DNA of 57,350 nucleotides from Candidatus Micrarchaeota archaeon (GTDB taxonomy: Archaea > Micrarchaeota > Micrarchaeia > Anstonellales > Bilamarchaeaceae), in assembly GCA_040757035.1 (NCBI GenBank), contig JBFLYM010000004.1:1-57350 (forward strand). The letters run 5' to 3'. Below, in pieces: positions 27,201 through 35,103 of the stretch. The notes under the pieces were generated by a model that searched no databases, had not been told where the DNA came from, and was given only the letters and a program-made list of their open reading frames with translations. The translations under genes and the position numbers were made by a program. Every line of letters starts with the position of its first letter. Position 1 is the stretch's first letter.

Positions 27201-28017
27201 AATTGATGACAGTTATTTAGGATGGTCGCTTTACAACAATACATTCGAAGCAATGAAATATTTACTGGAAAATCAAACCGAATTAATAAACAGTGGAGCA
27301 ATATCACTTTATTTCAGAACATGGTATGGTTCCAGCACAAACACCAGCACTGTTGTTACAGCGCAAAATAGTACAAATAGGTTGCCAACATCAAAAGATG
27401 AAAAATTCTGCGGAATTGAACGTGCTATGGTCAATTATTTATATCAGAATTTAATAAAAACGGTTTATAATAAAATAACCGCGGTGAATTTAAGTGATGC
27501 AAAATGCGAAGAGTGCACATCAACAGATCACTTTTTTGGTCTATGCAATCGCACATGCGAAAATGGAGTTGAATGTGAATTGTCTCCTAATATGGACGCA
27601 AATAACGCGCGCTGTCCAAGAAACACCGTGATAAACCCCTGCACGCTTTGCAACGATTCTATCTATTCAAACAGAATTATTACCTGCAATTATTCATATT
27701 CGGATGGAACAATTGACTCGCATGATTACACTTATAATGATTTCTCCACTATTAGTACATTCGATATGTATGCGGATATAATTTCCAGTCTTCCAAAACA
27801 GGACAAATGCTGTATGGCAAGCGGTGATGAAGAAGGAACGCAACAAAATTATACTTACATAAAAATAAGCGGTGAAGGAACTGCAACAAATCCAATCCGC
27901 TTTGCCGCATGGGGAAATGAAACCATTGATTGTAGCATGAACACAGATACCAGTTCATTCTGCAACATCACGCTTCCGATAAAAAATTATAAAATAAATT
28001 GTGCGGTGCAAAAATGA
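24256..28017 (+). CDS. Giant Cys-rich, sequon-rich secreted protein with a lipobox-like signal (1253 aa)
   Basis: An Asn/Met-rich leader is followed by VFVCLFVLLFILSGCYAP, a lipobox-like L-S-G-C. Cys pairs are dense throughout (for example CKKKCEGFPPECTRTCSGYKPKTGCSG), and there are many N-x-S/T sequons. I see no C-terminal TM. It starts 2 nt after the P6 stop. Confidence 0.75.
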   Translation: MNNMKDIENMNNIKNMKNTNNTIMNMKSSVFVCLFVLLFILSGCYAPNMQGPCCTINTSNPNTVKCMLTNPVDPTTSIAPSPEMCNGSIVSNGLMCNTDWCATAEPSQNETIYVKYDINGRHVLNCTGVSLSNKSEPCNNIGYCHIIFTNITNNNNTYAFYPQCSNRAELAFDTNCKTMLCGNIQYSPKQSLLPEYGKNMTYQNLKTTATQMLYAATCNFYTLDAPTMKKLKRAKDVFVNTFRIGFGNSISDFEEARLYFPLSDKFCRTAQGKDRYMNYLNVSFTASGYFDWWQYYSHEKWKTWHADNVTVNSFDPSTIINRSVALGCNTSVRNLSSHETMNYKEFPPAASSGNYFLKIFNESYIPATYIMPDTERYKYELYRNYWDKIYKTNLNDSAPTLIQNFSHFECNSSFDCVSGLCTKQDSGYERGFCTRSDGNVTNCMCYEVGSRLRPGNEVRCEAFENSNTFRPLTTNLCEIRYHEKSGSCKKKCEGFPPECTRTCSGYKPKTGCSGFFYVGDTCTYDEPYMNCTDIINAPQIVFFNQTIEGYKGYARMNEPEFQRSMLAASCGPFVKGTDYNVANYLPDYNIATNKDRWACANSEWRTKGVCTKTYKELILFKTLGKCTKDDQKPEANFLNVSNVYGWCEPCTHATMVSVNLDDYYKAYNGYYFGCYSSYPGGESCGCGAAVGGLPCGTMSNYMDSVANIRTRIDNYLKTGVMPIIWYMSNSSNLGTTWTYSGGYYTVCHRCNNAPTDAARTTIINTLKSYNPIYSADSTNKFFDNFNAWCYYNDWTSCSCHNKPCECSGPYQAKQQSSNPSGETYIGERTENKEALSFKCHACDHHAHDTFCNWGMGYHFLKNAIGNSASIVVIASSVDGKNATTIATRATQLKTENCPNCLAALYVPKMNTTRLDEIFGCTDQYNCKIRGNDAWKNIDIILYDDRINDYTGIDRNLAILEGVANKSRQLLLRYSKPSIPLISIDDSYLGWSLYNNTFEAMKYLLENQTELINSGAISLYFRTWYGSSTNTSTVVTAQNSTNRLPTSKDEKFCGIERAMVNYLYQNLIKTVYNKITAVNLSDAKCEECTSTDHFFGLCNRTCENGVECELSPNMDANNARCPRNTVINPCTLCNDSIYSNRIITCNYSYSDGTIDSHDYTYNDFSTISTFDMYADIISSLPKQDKCCMASGDEEGTQQNYTYIKISGEGTATNPIRFAAWGNETIDCSMNTDTSSFCNITLPIKNYKINCAVQK

Positions 28018-31000
28018 AAATGAGCAGGACATTGTTATCATTAAATAATGGTTTTAATAATAGCTTTTGTTCATCTGTTATGTTTACACTAATATTTATA
28101 CTAATATTTACGCTAACTTTTATATTACCGGCATGTGCTAATGCAATTACAGTTACGCAAAATCCATCTTCAGATTTATTTGTAAATCCTTCAGGAAATT
28201 TAAATTACACTCAGAATATTTTTTTTAATTGGAGTGTAAGCGAACAAGTGCAAGGAACATGCACATCTAATTGTACTTTGAATGGCGACAATTACACGTG
28301 CGTCCCATGCACGCCAGGAATATATGGCGATAGTCCATGCAATAGCAAATGCACAGTATACCCTTATCCCAATTCAAACTCATGCACTGTTTCATGCGCT
28401 TCAGGAGAAAATGTTAGTTGCAATTCCTGCACCCCACCCACTCCTGAAGATAATAATTGCAGTGCAACATGCATCAACGAAACTAATGGTGATGTATTGT
28501 GTATCGATATCTGTCATGTTTCGCCTAGTGCCTGCACAGGAAGTTGTAATCTTCCTCCTGCAGCAACATGCAATTTGTCGCTCGATAATGAAGTAAAAAA
28601 AACAATTCCTGTAACAGAAGGCACGCCATTATTTGAATCGTATTCACCAATTTCTGAATGTGTATTGCATCCATGGAATATAAATTGCTGGGATGGATTT
28701 GGGCAATCGCAAATATTCAACTCTTTTACAATTTACTCCGCTACCTCAGCGACGCCAACTTTAATCAATCAAAATATTGAAATTGAACATCAAAGAGGCG
28801 GAACGCCAATAACGTTTAATTGGAGTATGGAAGGGGGAGGATGTAAAGGTACAAATGTTAGTTGTAGTATTATAATCCCAGGCGCAAATATTGTTTCAGA
28901 ACAAACCGCATGCACGATTGGTAATTTGTGCTCTGCAACCGTTGTACTCCCAGATTCGTTCGCATGCAATTCAGATTGGTATGTGAGTTGCATTGACACT
29001 GCAGGACAAAACAGTTCAAGCGCAATTGGCAGTATAAATGTACTTATTCCGCATTGTATTAATATTCAAACCAATCAATCCCAGCCAATTTGTAAAATTT
29101 CGCAGAATTTGAATGCAAGCGGTAGCGATTGTATCTCCTTAAATAATATCAATTCACCTCAATTGGATTGCAGTGGTCATTTAATTACTGGTTTAGGAAC
29201 AGGAAGCGGAAGCAGCGGCATAAGCATACGCAATTCATCAAAAGCCGTACTTAAGAATTGCGGTGTATATTTGTTTGAAAATGGAATTGAAATATTGGAT
29301 TCTAACTCTGTTTCTATTTCAGATTGCGAAATGGCGAGTTGCTCTGCTGGACTCTATGCAAAAAATGCAGATAATATTGTCCTGGCTTCAACATCGTTTA
29401 GCGACAATACTTTGGCGGCAATTATAAAGAATTCTGATAACGTTGTTTTGGATGATGTTGATATAGGCGATAACGAAAATGGAGTTATTTTTGACCATGG
29501 CGATAACATAACAATAAATAAAATGGATGCAAAAAACACCAATTCTTCATATGCGATAAATTTTACTTCTGTAAACGTAGCGCGCGTGAGTGGTTCTGAA
29601 TTCTGGAAGAACGGTAATGCTGATGAAGAGGAAGAAAGTAATGCGAGTTCTAGCGGTGGAGGTATATTAATAGATTCATCAAATGGTGTCAGCATAGAAA
29701 ACAATGCATTTGATTCTGATACAATCTCAATAAATGTAATCGGAAGCGCTTTTAACACCACAATATCCAAAAATACTATCACCAATAGTATATCAGGAAT
29801 AGTTGCTTCTGATTCAAGCAACTCAATAACAATAAAAACAAATAATATAACAAAATGTACAACAGGACTGATGTTCGATAGCGGTTCTTCTGATGTAATG
29901 TTTTATAACAATATATTGGATAATGAACTGAATGCGGTTGTAGACACCGAATCGGTTTCTGCTTCATTAAGCGAACCGGATGAAAGCCAAACCAATATTT
30001 TAGGATGCGGTGCGTTGGGTGGAAATGCATGGTTTTCTCAAGGAAATGGTTTTTCAGAAAACTGTTCTAATTTTGATAACAATTGTTTTTGCGATGAAAA
30101 TTATTCTATTGATGAAATTGTAACAGATTTATTTCCACTCACTATAAATAAAGGTCTTGAATTTTCTGTTTTAATAAGTTCAATAGCTGGTAAACAGGCT
30201 GGTAGTTATGAACAATACATAAATAAAGAGTATGTCGCGGCAACTCCTTATATTCCTGCCCTTGTGGTTATAAACCTAATAACTTCACACGATGCTGAAT
30301 TTTTTTGCAATTCTTCACTTGGGGGCAATGTAACAATAAACACTACTTTATCCACAGAAGGCATAATAAATGTTACAAAGCCAGTTGGGTGCTATAATAT
30401 CACAGTGAAATGCGCGATCAATATTACAAATGCAAGCTCGCAAGAACATACCTTTTGCATAGACGATGTTCCTCCTGCGATCAATTTTGGAATAAGACAG
30501 AATATAAGTGGTATAATAATTAATCCGAACGATAATGAAATTTTGAATAAGCATTCGTTCAGGCTTAATATGTCTGCCGATGATTCGCTATCAACGTTTG
30601 TTGCAATGTGTATATTTGAACTGAATGATACAAACGAAATCTTTTTGCCAGAAACCAATGCTGATGGGCGGCAGTATTGCGTAAAAAAAAGAACTTTGCA
30701 AAATGGAACCTATAAGTATAGAATGTTCGCTGTTGACGCTGCGGGAAACGCCGCATCAACTGGCTATAGAACTGTGATAGTAGATGCGCCTCCTTCTAAC
30801 GCAGGCTGTTCGGAATGCGAAAACATAGGCGATTATTTCAAAAGCGGTATTTCAAGCGCTATAGATGAAACCAATAAAAAAATAGCATTAATTCTTTATA
30901 TGGAAAATTTATCAGGGCATAGAATAGCGATGCCTGGTGCACCTGTGCTTGTGTGGGTGAAAAACGCGAGCTACGAAAATTTAAGCAAAGTTGTAACCAA

Positions 31001-34000
31001 TGCGAATGGAAGCGCTTATTTTAGTTATGCCCCATGGAACAACAGTGCGATGGATTATACATTTATATATTGCTGTTTTTATGAAGATTGCGGTTTTGAC
31101 AAATGCCTGATTGGCGCAAAAGTAAGCGCAAACTATATTAAAAAATACGGTATTTATGATGTTAATAGCGTTCCTGATGCATCGCCTAATCAACCAAATA
31201 TTAATTATTCGCAAATTTATGTTCTTCCTATAAACGAAAAATTGAAAATAAATCCTAAAGTAGATAAAAATCTGCTTGAAGGCAGTGAAGCGCTTTGTGT
31301 TCCGATATTTATGCTATTTGGAATTCTTCTCGCGGCTCTTTATTATAGCGGAAGAAATCCGCTTGGATTTATAGATTTTTCTCCGTTGCGCATGAGCAGT
31401 CATATAAGATACACTCCAAGAGGCATGCAAACAGGGGTTAAGATAACTACGACTACATTAAGGACCCTTGATTCGGTACGAAAAATGGGAAAAAGAGGCG
31501 ATGATGGTAAAGAGACTAAATTCTCATTCAAAAACATTGCAAAAGCAGATAAGGTGACGTTCACGAATATCAAAGATGGAATCGGCATGATTAAAACTAT
31601 TGTTAAAGGGCATAAAAAAGAATCTTCCACCGATGGAAAAGGACCTTCCACTATACAATCATGGCGAATAGCTCTTTTCAGTGATAAAAGTGGTAAAGGA
31701 CAAACAACAGGAGGAGGAGCAGCAACAGGAACAAGCGATCAACAACCCGGTGTAATGTCTGGAGATAATATCTATAGAACAACAGGTGGAAGACAAGCAA
31801 GTGGGTTAATAGGTGTTCTTGCATTGTTTGGGTTAATGACCGGTGGAATGAAAGGAGGGGTAAAAGGAGGGGCACTAGCAAATTTCCTAGAAATAGCGAA
31901 TACGCAGTGGGATGTAATGAGTGCTGATTACCAAAGGAGATCTAAACACAAATGGCTAAGTTATGTGCCTCTTTTTGTCCTAACATACAATACAATTAAA
32001 GAGATGGTAGGTGCTGCCGCAAGGGACGTTCTTCATGTAAAGGAAAGTTGGAAAGAACGGAGTAGAAAAAATGCTTCAGAACAAAAATTACAAACAAAAG
32101 AAGTTTTAGATGCCACTCCACCTAAAGGAACTACAGATAAACCACCGAAAGAATATGTTGTTGAATTAGAGAAAGATCAATATAAAGTTCAAGTTATTAA
32201 TACAGAGGATAAAAAATCAATTAATGTAGTTTTTAAGGATGGTAAAGTAGTTATAGATCCAGAAATCGTAGATGCTGTAGTTAATAGATTGAAGGCAAAC
32301 GATAATAGAGCATATGTAGCGTATCAACAAGAACTTGAAGCTGCAAAAGCAGCACCGAAAACAAAAACAGTGGAAACAATTGTACAAGTTTCTGAAAAAA
32401 AATATTCCAGTGCTCCACAAACTTTTGAAGTAGCAAAAGTTTCGTATGGAGGATGGAAAGAACACGAAGTTTTGGAAAAAGGAGACAAAGATAGCAAGGA
32501 TTCTCATAAAATAAAAGAGCTTCAAATGTTGCTTAATTGGATGATTGACAACAAGATAATTGAGGGCAAAAAAATATCACAAAATGAAATGGGCACATTC
32601 GGAGCAAAAACAGAAGCGCTTGTAAAAGCAGCGCAAATTGCTGGAGAAAAATTTGTTGATAAAAATGGTATGATATCTGGCAGCAATATAAAATATGATG
32701 CTCCGAGAGATGGCAAAGTCGGAATAGAATTTATGTCTATGTGCAAAGCAATTACCAATGAAACACATACTATAGAAAAAACAATCAAAAAAGAAGAATC
32801 AATTAGTCCTCCTCCTATTAAAGAAGATACCCCTCGTACATTCGGAGAAACCAATTTCTACGGAACTAAAATTGAAGAAAAACAAGATATATCAATAGGC
32901 GACCATAAAGGTGTGTCGCAAATGAGAATAAATGCGGGGATAGAGAAATCAATAGAAAAGCTTCCAGAATGGTTAAAAAAGAGAGCTATGGATATGCAAA
33001 GCCTTTATGAACAAAGTACAATTGGAGGTACAGGAGGAGATGTTGCGAAAGGATTTGCAGGAGCAGTTGGCGAATCTCTTGAAGCTTTTGGACTTGGCAT
33101 AATTAATGATATGATAAAACATAAAATGACGCCTGATCAAGCACAGGAAAAAATAGATATACTTTTAAAGCGAGATAATGAAGGAAAAACGCATTTAGAG
33201 AAGCTTATGGTGGCACCTAATCCAGATGTTCATCTTAAAACTATACTCGGAGGCGATGGAAAACCGGTATTCAAAAGCGTTGGTGAATTTTATCAAGCGG
33301 TATCGATAACAAACGAAGAATACTACAAGAAGACAGAATCTTGTATTGCCGCTATGATGGGAAAGCTTAAGGACCAATCAAGTCAGAATGAAACATATAA
33401 TGAGATTAAAAAAATTTATGACTTAGAAAAAACCGATCCAAATTTATATTCAGTGCGGAAGAATGAGTATGAAAACAAGTATGAATATGATGAAATGGGA
33501 AATATACAACGCCGCAGCCGCAATATGTTTAAAGATATTAGAGGGCTTATGCCTGATAAAGATGAGACTTCTAAGGAATTTGACGCCGTCTATGAAAAAC
33601 AAAAACAACTCGGTCATCTTGAGAAGAGTTTTAATGCTTATATTGCTAATGAAATGATATATTTAGATGCTAATTACACAATAGAAAAAACCAAGAAGGA
33701 ATTGGAGAACCTCCAGGCCTCCACCAACTCAGATGAATTTAATAAAAAAGTAGAAGAAATAACCAAAAATGCAAAAAGGGTAGTTTTAATTCAAGATGAA
33801 GATCCAATTCTTACAGAAGCCAAAAAAGAATTTATTACTATGCGAGATAGTCCACCTAAATCCGATAAAGAGCATCTACAAAAACTCGCCATGTTAAAAA
33901 ATCCTGAAGTATATCTTAATTATAAACAAAGTAGCTTTGTTCTTAGTGGAGTTAACCAGTTGCGCGAAGAGATGAGAAATGCAGCAGATATTTTTAATAA

Positions 34001-34007
34001 AAAATGA
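28014..34007 (+). CDS. Giant transmembrane protein: Cys-rich ectodomain with parallel beta-helix (PbH1-like) repeats, TM segments, and a ~900-aa Cys-poor Lys/Glu-rich tail
   Basis: ATG 28014 overlaps the upstream stop as ATGA; the track opens at GTG 27999. It has a signal/TM and CxxC-rich modules. PbH1-like repeats appear (ISIRNSSKAVLKNCGVYLFENGIEILDSNSVSISDC...NIVLASTSFSDN...). A TM segment reads ALCVPIFMLFGILLAALYY, followed by a long charged C-terminal region. Confidence 0.75.
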   Translation: MKMSRTLLSLNNGFNNSFCSSVMFTLIFILIFTLTFILPACANAITVTQNPSSDLFVNPSGNLNYTQNIFFNWSVSEQVQGTCTSNCTLNGDNYTCVPCTPGIYGDSPCNSKCTVYPYPNSNSCTVSCASGENVSCNSCTPPTPEDNNCSATCINETNGDVLCIDICHVSPSACTGSCNLPPAATCNLSLDNEVKKTIPVTEGTPLFESYSPISECVLHPWNINCWDGFGQSQIFNSFTIYSATSATPTLINQNIEIEHQRGGTPITFNWSMEGGGCKGTNVSCSIIIPGANIVSEQTACTIGNLCSATVVLPDSFACNSDWYVSCIDTAGQNSSSAIGSINVLIPHCINIQTNQSQPICKISQNLNASGSDCISLNNINSPQLDCSGHLITGLGTGSGSSGISIRNSSKAVLKNCGVYLFENGIEILDSNSVSISDCEMASCSAGLYAKNADNIVLASTSFSDNTLAAIIKNSDNVVLDDVDIGDNENGVIFDHGDNITINKMDAKNTNSSYAINFTSVNVARVSGSEFWKNGNADEEEESNASSSGGGILIDSSNGVSIENNAFDSDTISINVIGSAFNTTISKNTITNSISGIVASDSSNSITIKTNNITKCTTGLMFDSGSSDVMFYNNILDNELNAVVDTESVSASLSEPDESQTNILGCGALGGNAWFSQGNGFSENCSNFDNNCFCDENYSIDEIVTDLFPLTINKGLEFSVLISSIAGKQAGSYEQYINKEYVAATPYIPALVVINLITSHDAEFFCNSSLGGNVTINTTLSTEGIINVTKPVGCYNITVKCAINITNASSQEHTFCIDDVPPAINFGIRQNISGIIINPNDNEILNKHSFRLNMSADDSLSTFVAMCIFELNDTNEIFLPETNADGRQYCVKKRTLQNGTYKYRMFAVDAAGNAASTGYRTVIVDAPPSNAGCSECENIGDYFKSGISSAIDETNKKIALILYMENLSGHRIAMPGAPVLVWVKNASYENLSKVVTNANGSAYFSYAPWNNSAMDYTFIYCCFYEDCGFDKCLIGAKVSANYIKKYGIYDVNSVPDASPNQPNINYSQIYVLPINEKLKINPKVDKNLLEGSEALCVPIFMLFGILLAALYYSGRNPLGFIDFSPLRMSSHIRYTPRGMQTGVKITTTTLRTLDSVRKMGKRGDDGKETKFSFKNIAKADKVTFTNIKDGIGMIKTIVKGHKKESSTDGKGPSTIQSWRIALFSDKSGKGQTTGGGAATGTSDQQPGVMSGDNIYRTTGGRQASGLIGVLALFGLMTGGMKGGVKGGALANFLEIANTQWDVMSADYQRRSKHKWLSYVPLFVLTYNTIKEMVGAAARDVLHVKESWKERSRKNASEQKLQTKEVLDATPPKGTTDKPPKEYVVELEKDQYKVQVINTEDKKSINVVFKDGKVVIDPEIVDAVVNRLKANDNRAYVAYQQELEAAKAAPKTKTVETIVQVSEKKYSSAPQTFEVAKVSYGGWKEHEVLEKGDKDSKDSHKIKELQMLLNWMIDNKIIEGKKISQNEMGTFGAKTEALVKAAQIAGEKFVDKNGMISGSNIKYDAPRDGKVGIEFMSMCKAITNETHTIEKTIKKEESISPPPIKEDTPRTFGETNFYGTKIEEKQDISIGDHKGVSQMRINAGIEKSIEKLPEWLKKRAMDMQSLYEQSTIGGTGGDVAKGFAGAVGESLEAFGLGIINDMIKHKMTPDQAQEKIDILLKRDNEGKTHLEKLMVAPNPDVHLKTILGGDGKPVFKSVGEFYQAVSITNEEYYKKTESCIAAMMGKLKDQSSQNETYNEIKKIYDLEKTDPNLYSVRKNEYENKYEYDEMGNIQRRSRNMFKDIRGLMPDKDETSKEFDAVYEKQKQLGHLEKSFNAYIANEMIYLDANYTIEKTKKELENLQASTNSDEFNKKVEEITKNAKRVVLIQDEDPILTEAKKEFITMRDSPPKSDKEHLQKLAMLKNPEVYLNYKQSSFVLSGVNQLREEMRNAADIFNKK

Positions 34008-34031
34008 ATAAAAATTTCTAAAAATGATATC

Positions 34032-34358
34032 ATGGGGCTTTTGAAACTTCTTTTTGAAAAATTTGGCAGTACACCTAAAGGACAGAAAGCAAAATGTCCG
34101 AACTGCGGAGCAGAAGTTACACTTAAAATGGAAAGATGCCAAAAATGCGGCGTGCATATTAAATCAATGTTCAAAAAAACCTGTCCGAAATGCAAAGAAC
34201 TTAATGATTTGGATGTTGAAAAATGCCAAAAATGTAAATATGATTTTGCAATAGAACTTGCGCAAGCGAAAAAAACAGTTTATATATGTCCGATATGCGG
34301 ATATAAAGCAGATTATTATATGCTTAAATGTCCTTCGTGTAATGCGAGGTTTGTATAA
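34032..34358 (+). CDS. Triple zinc-ribbon protein
   Basis: 108 aa with three CxxC...CxxC pairs: CPNCG/CQKCG, CPKCK/CQKCK and CPICG/CPSCN. It is the last gene of the plus-strand operon. Confidence 0.6.
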   Translation: MGLLKLLFEKFGSTPKGQKAKCPNCGAEVTLKMERCQKCGVHIKSMFKKTCPKCKELNDLDVEKCQKCKYDFAIELAQAKKTVYICPICGYKADYYMLKCPSCNARFV

Positions 34359-34395
34359 ATTTATAAACTCTTACTAGGATATACTCAATCAACTA

Positions 34396-34477
34396 ATCAT
34401 TTTAAGGAAGCTACGGCCTTTAGGCCGTGAAGGTTTATGCGTATATGCGATCCACGTTTTTTTAGTGGATCAATATA
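34396..34477. repeat. Dispersed repeat R3, partial copy of the 3' part of the element at 44580-44842
   Basis: It matches 44758-44839 in direct orientation: 77 nt identical, then one mismatch. It contains hairpins acggcc-ttta-ggccgt and gatccac-N9-gtggatc. Confidence 0.85.
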
Positions 34478-34502
34478 GAATAATTAGTATTGGTGTTGAT
34501 GA

Positions 34503-35060
34503 ATGAAACGGTTGAAAATAATTGCTCATGGTCGTGTTCAGAGAGTTGGGTACAGAGACGCAGTTGCCGAACTAGCTAGAAAGATCGGAATAAAAGGAAG
34601 TGTAAGAAATCTGGAAGATGAGGTCTCTGTTGAAATCGTGGCAGAGGGGGAAGAGAAACATCTTAATGAATTTTTAAAGCAAATCAACATACAGAGCTAT
34701 ACTATTGCGGTTGAAAAAATAGATGTTCATGAAGAAAAAGTAACTGGCGAATTTAAGCATTTTAAAATACTAAGAGGAGAAGCGAACAACGAATTAGGAG
34801 AAAGAATTGACGTCGCAGGTAATTTGCTTTATAGAATGGTGGAAAAACAGGACAAAATGCTGGAAAAACAAGATCAAACTATTGGAAAATTGGACGAAAT
34901 GCTTGGAAAGCAGGACCAAACTATTGGAAAATTGGATGCATTTCACAAAGACACGGTAAACAGATTCGACGTAATGGAGCAAAAATACGGAAAGATTTCA
35001 GTTGTTCTGGAAAGAATTTCAACTGCATTAGAAGTGTTGGCAGGAATTAGATCCAAATAG
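34503..35060 (+). CDS. Acylphosphatase-like domain fused to a coiled-coil tail with a 14-aa tandem repeat
   Basis: The N-terminus IAHGRVQRVGYRDAVAELARKIGIKGSVRNLEDEVSVEIVAEGEE fits the acylphosphatase pattern (G.VQGVGFR...G.V.N...V). The tail MLEKQDQTIGKLDE/MLGKQDQTIGKLDA is encoded by 42-nt repeats at 34857-34898 and 34899-34940. Confidence 0.6.
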   Translation: MKRLKIIAHGRVQRVGYRDAVAELARKIGIKGSVRNLEDEVSVEIVAEGEEKHLNEFLKQINIQSYTIAVEKIDVHEEKVTGEFKHFKILRGEANNELGERIDVAGNLLYRMVEKQDKMLEKQDQTIGKLDEMLGKQDQTIGKLDAFHKDTVNRFDVMEQKYGKISVVLERISTALEVLAGIRSK

Positions 35061-35103
35061 CTCTTGGTCTTTGATAAAAAGAAAAAGGAGGGATTTTATA
35101 AAA

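Noticed and set aside
32510-32680. Peptidoglycan-binding (PG_binding_1) domain in the 2002-aa protein
   Set aside because: The resemblance is only to a loose consensus (LQ..L......G.FG..T..AV..AQ). The segment lies in the Cys-poor region that I predict to be cytoplasmic, and archaea lack murein. It needs a profile search before any claim.
34054-34254. 66-aa alternate-frame ORF inside the zinc-ribbon gene
   Set aside because: The overlapping frame at 34032-34358 has three regular CxxC pairs, and the alternate frame has none.
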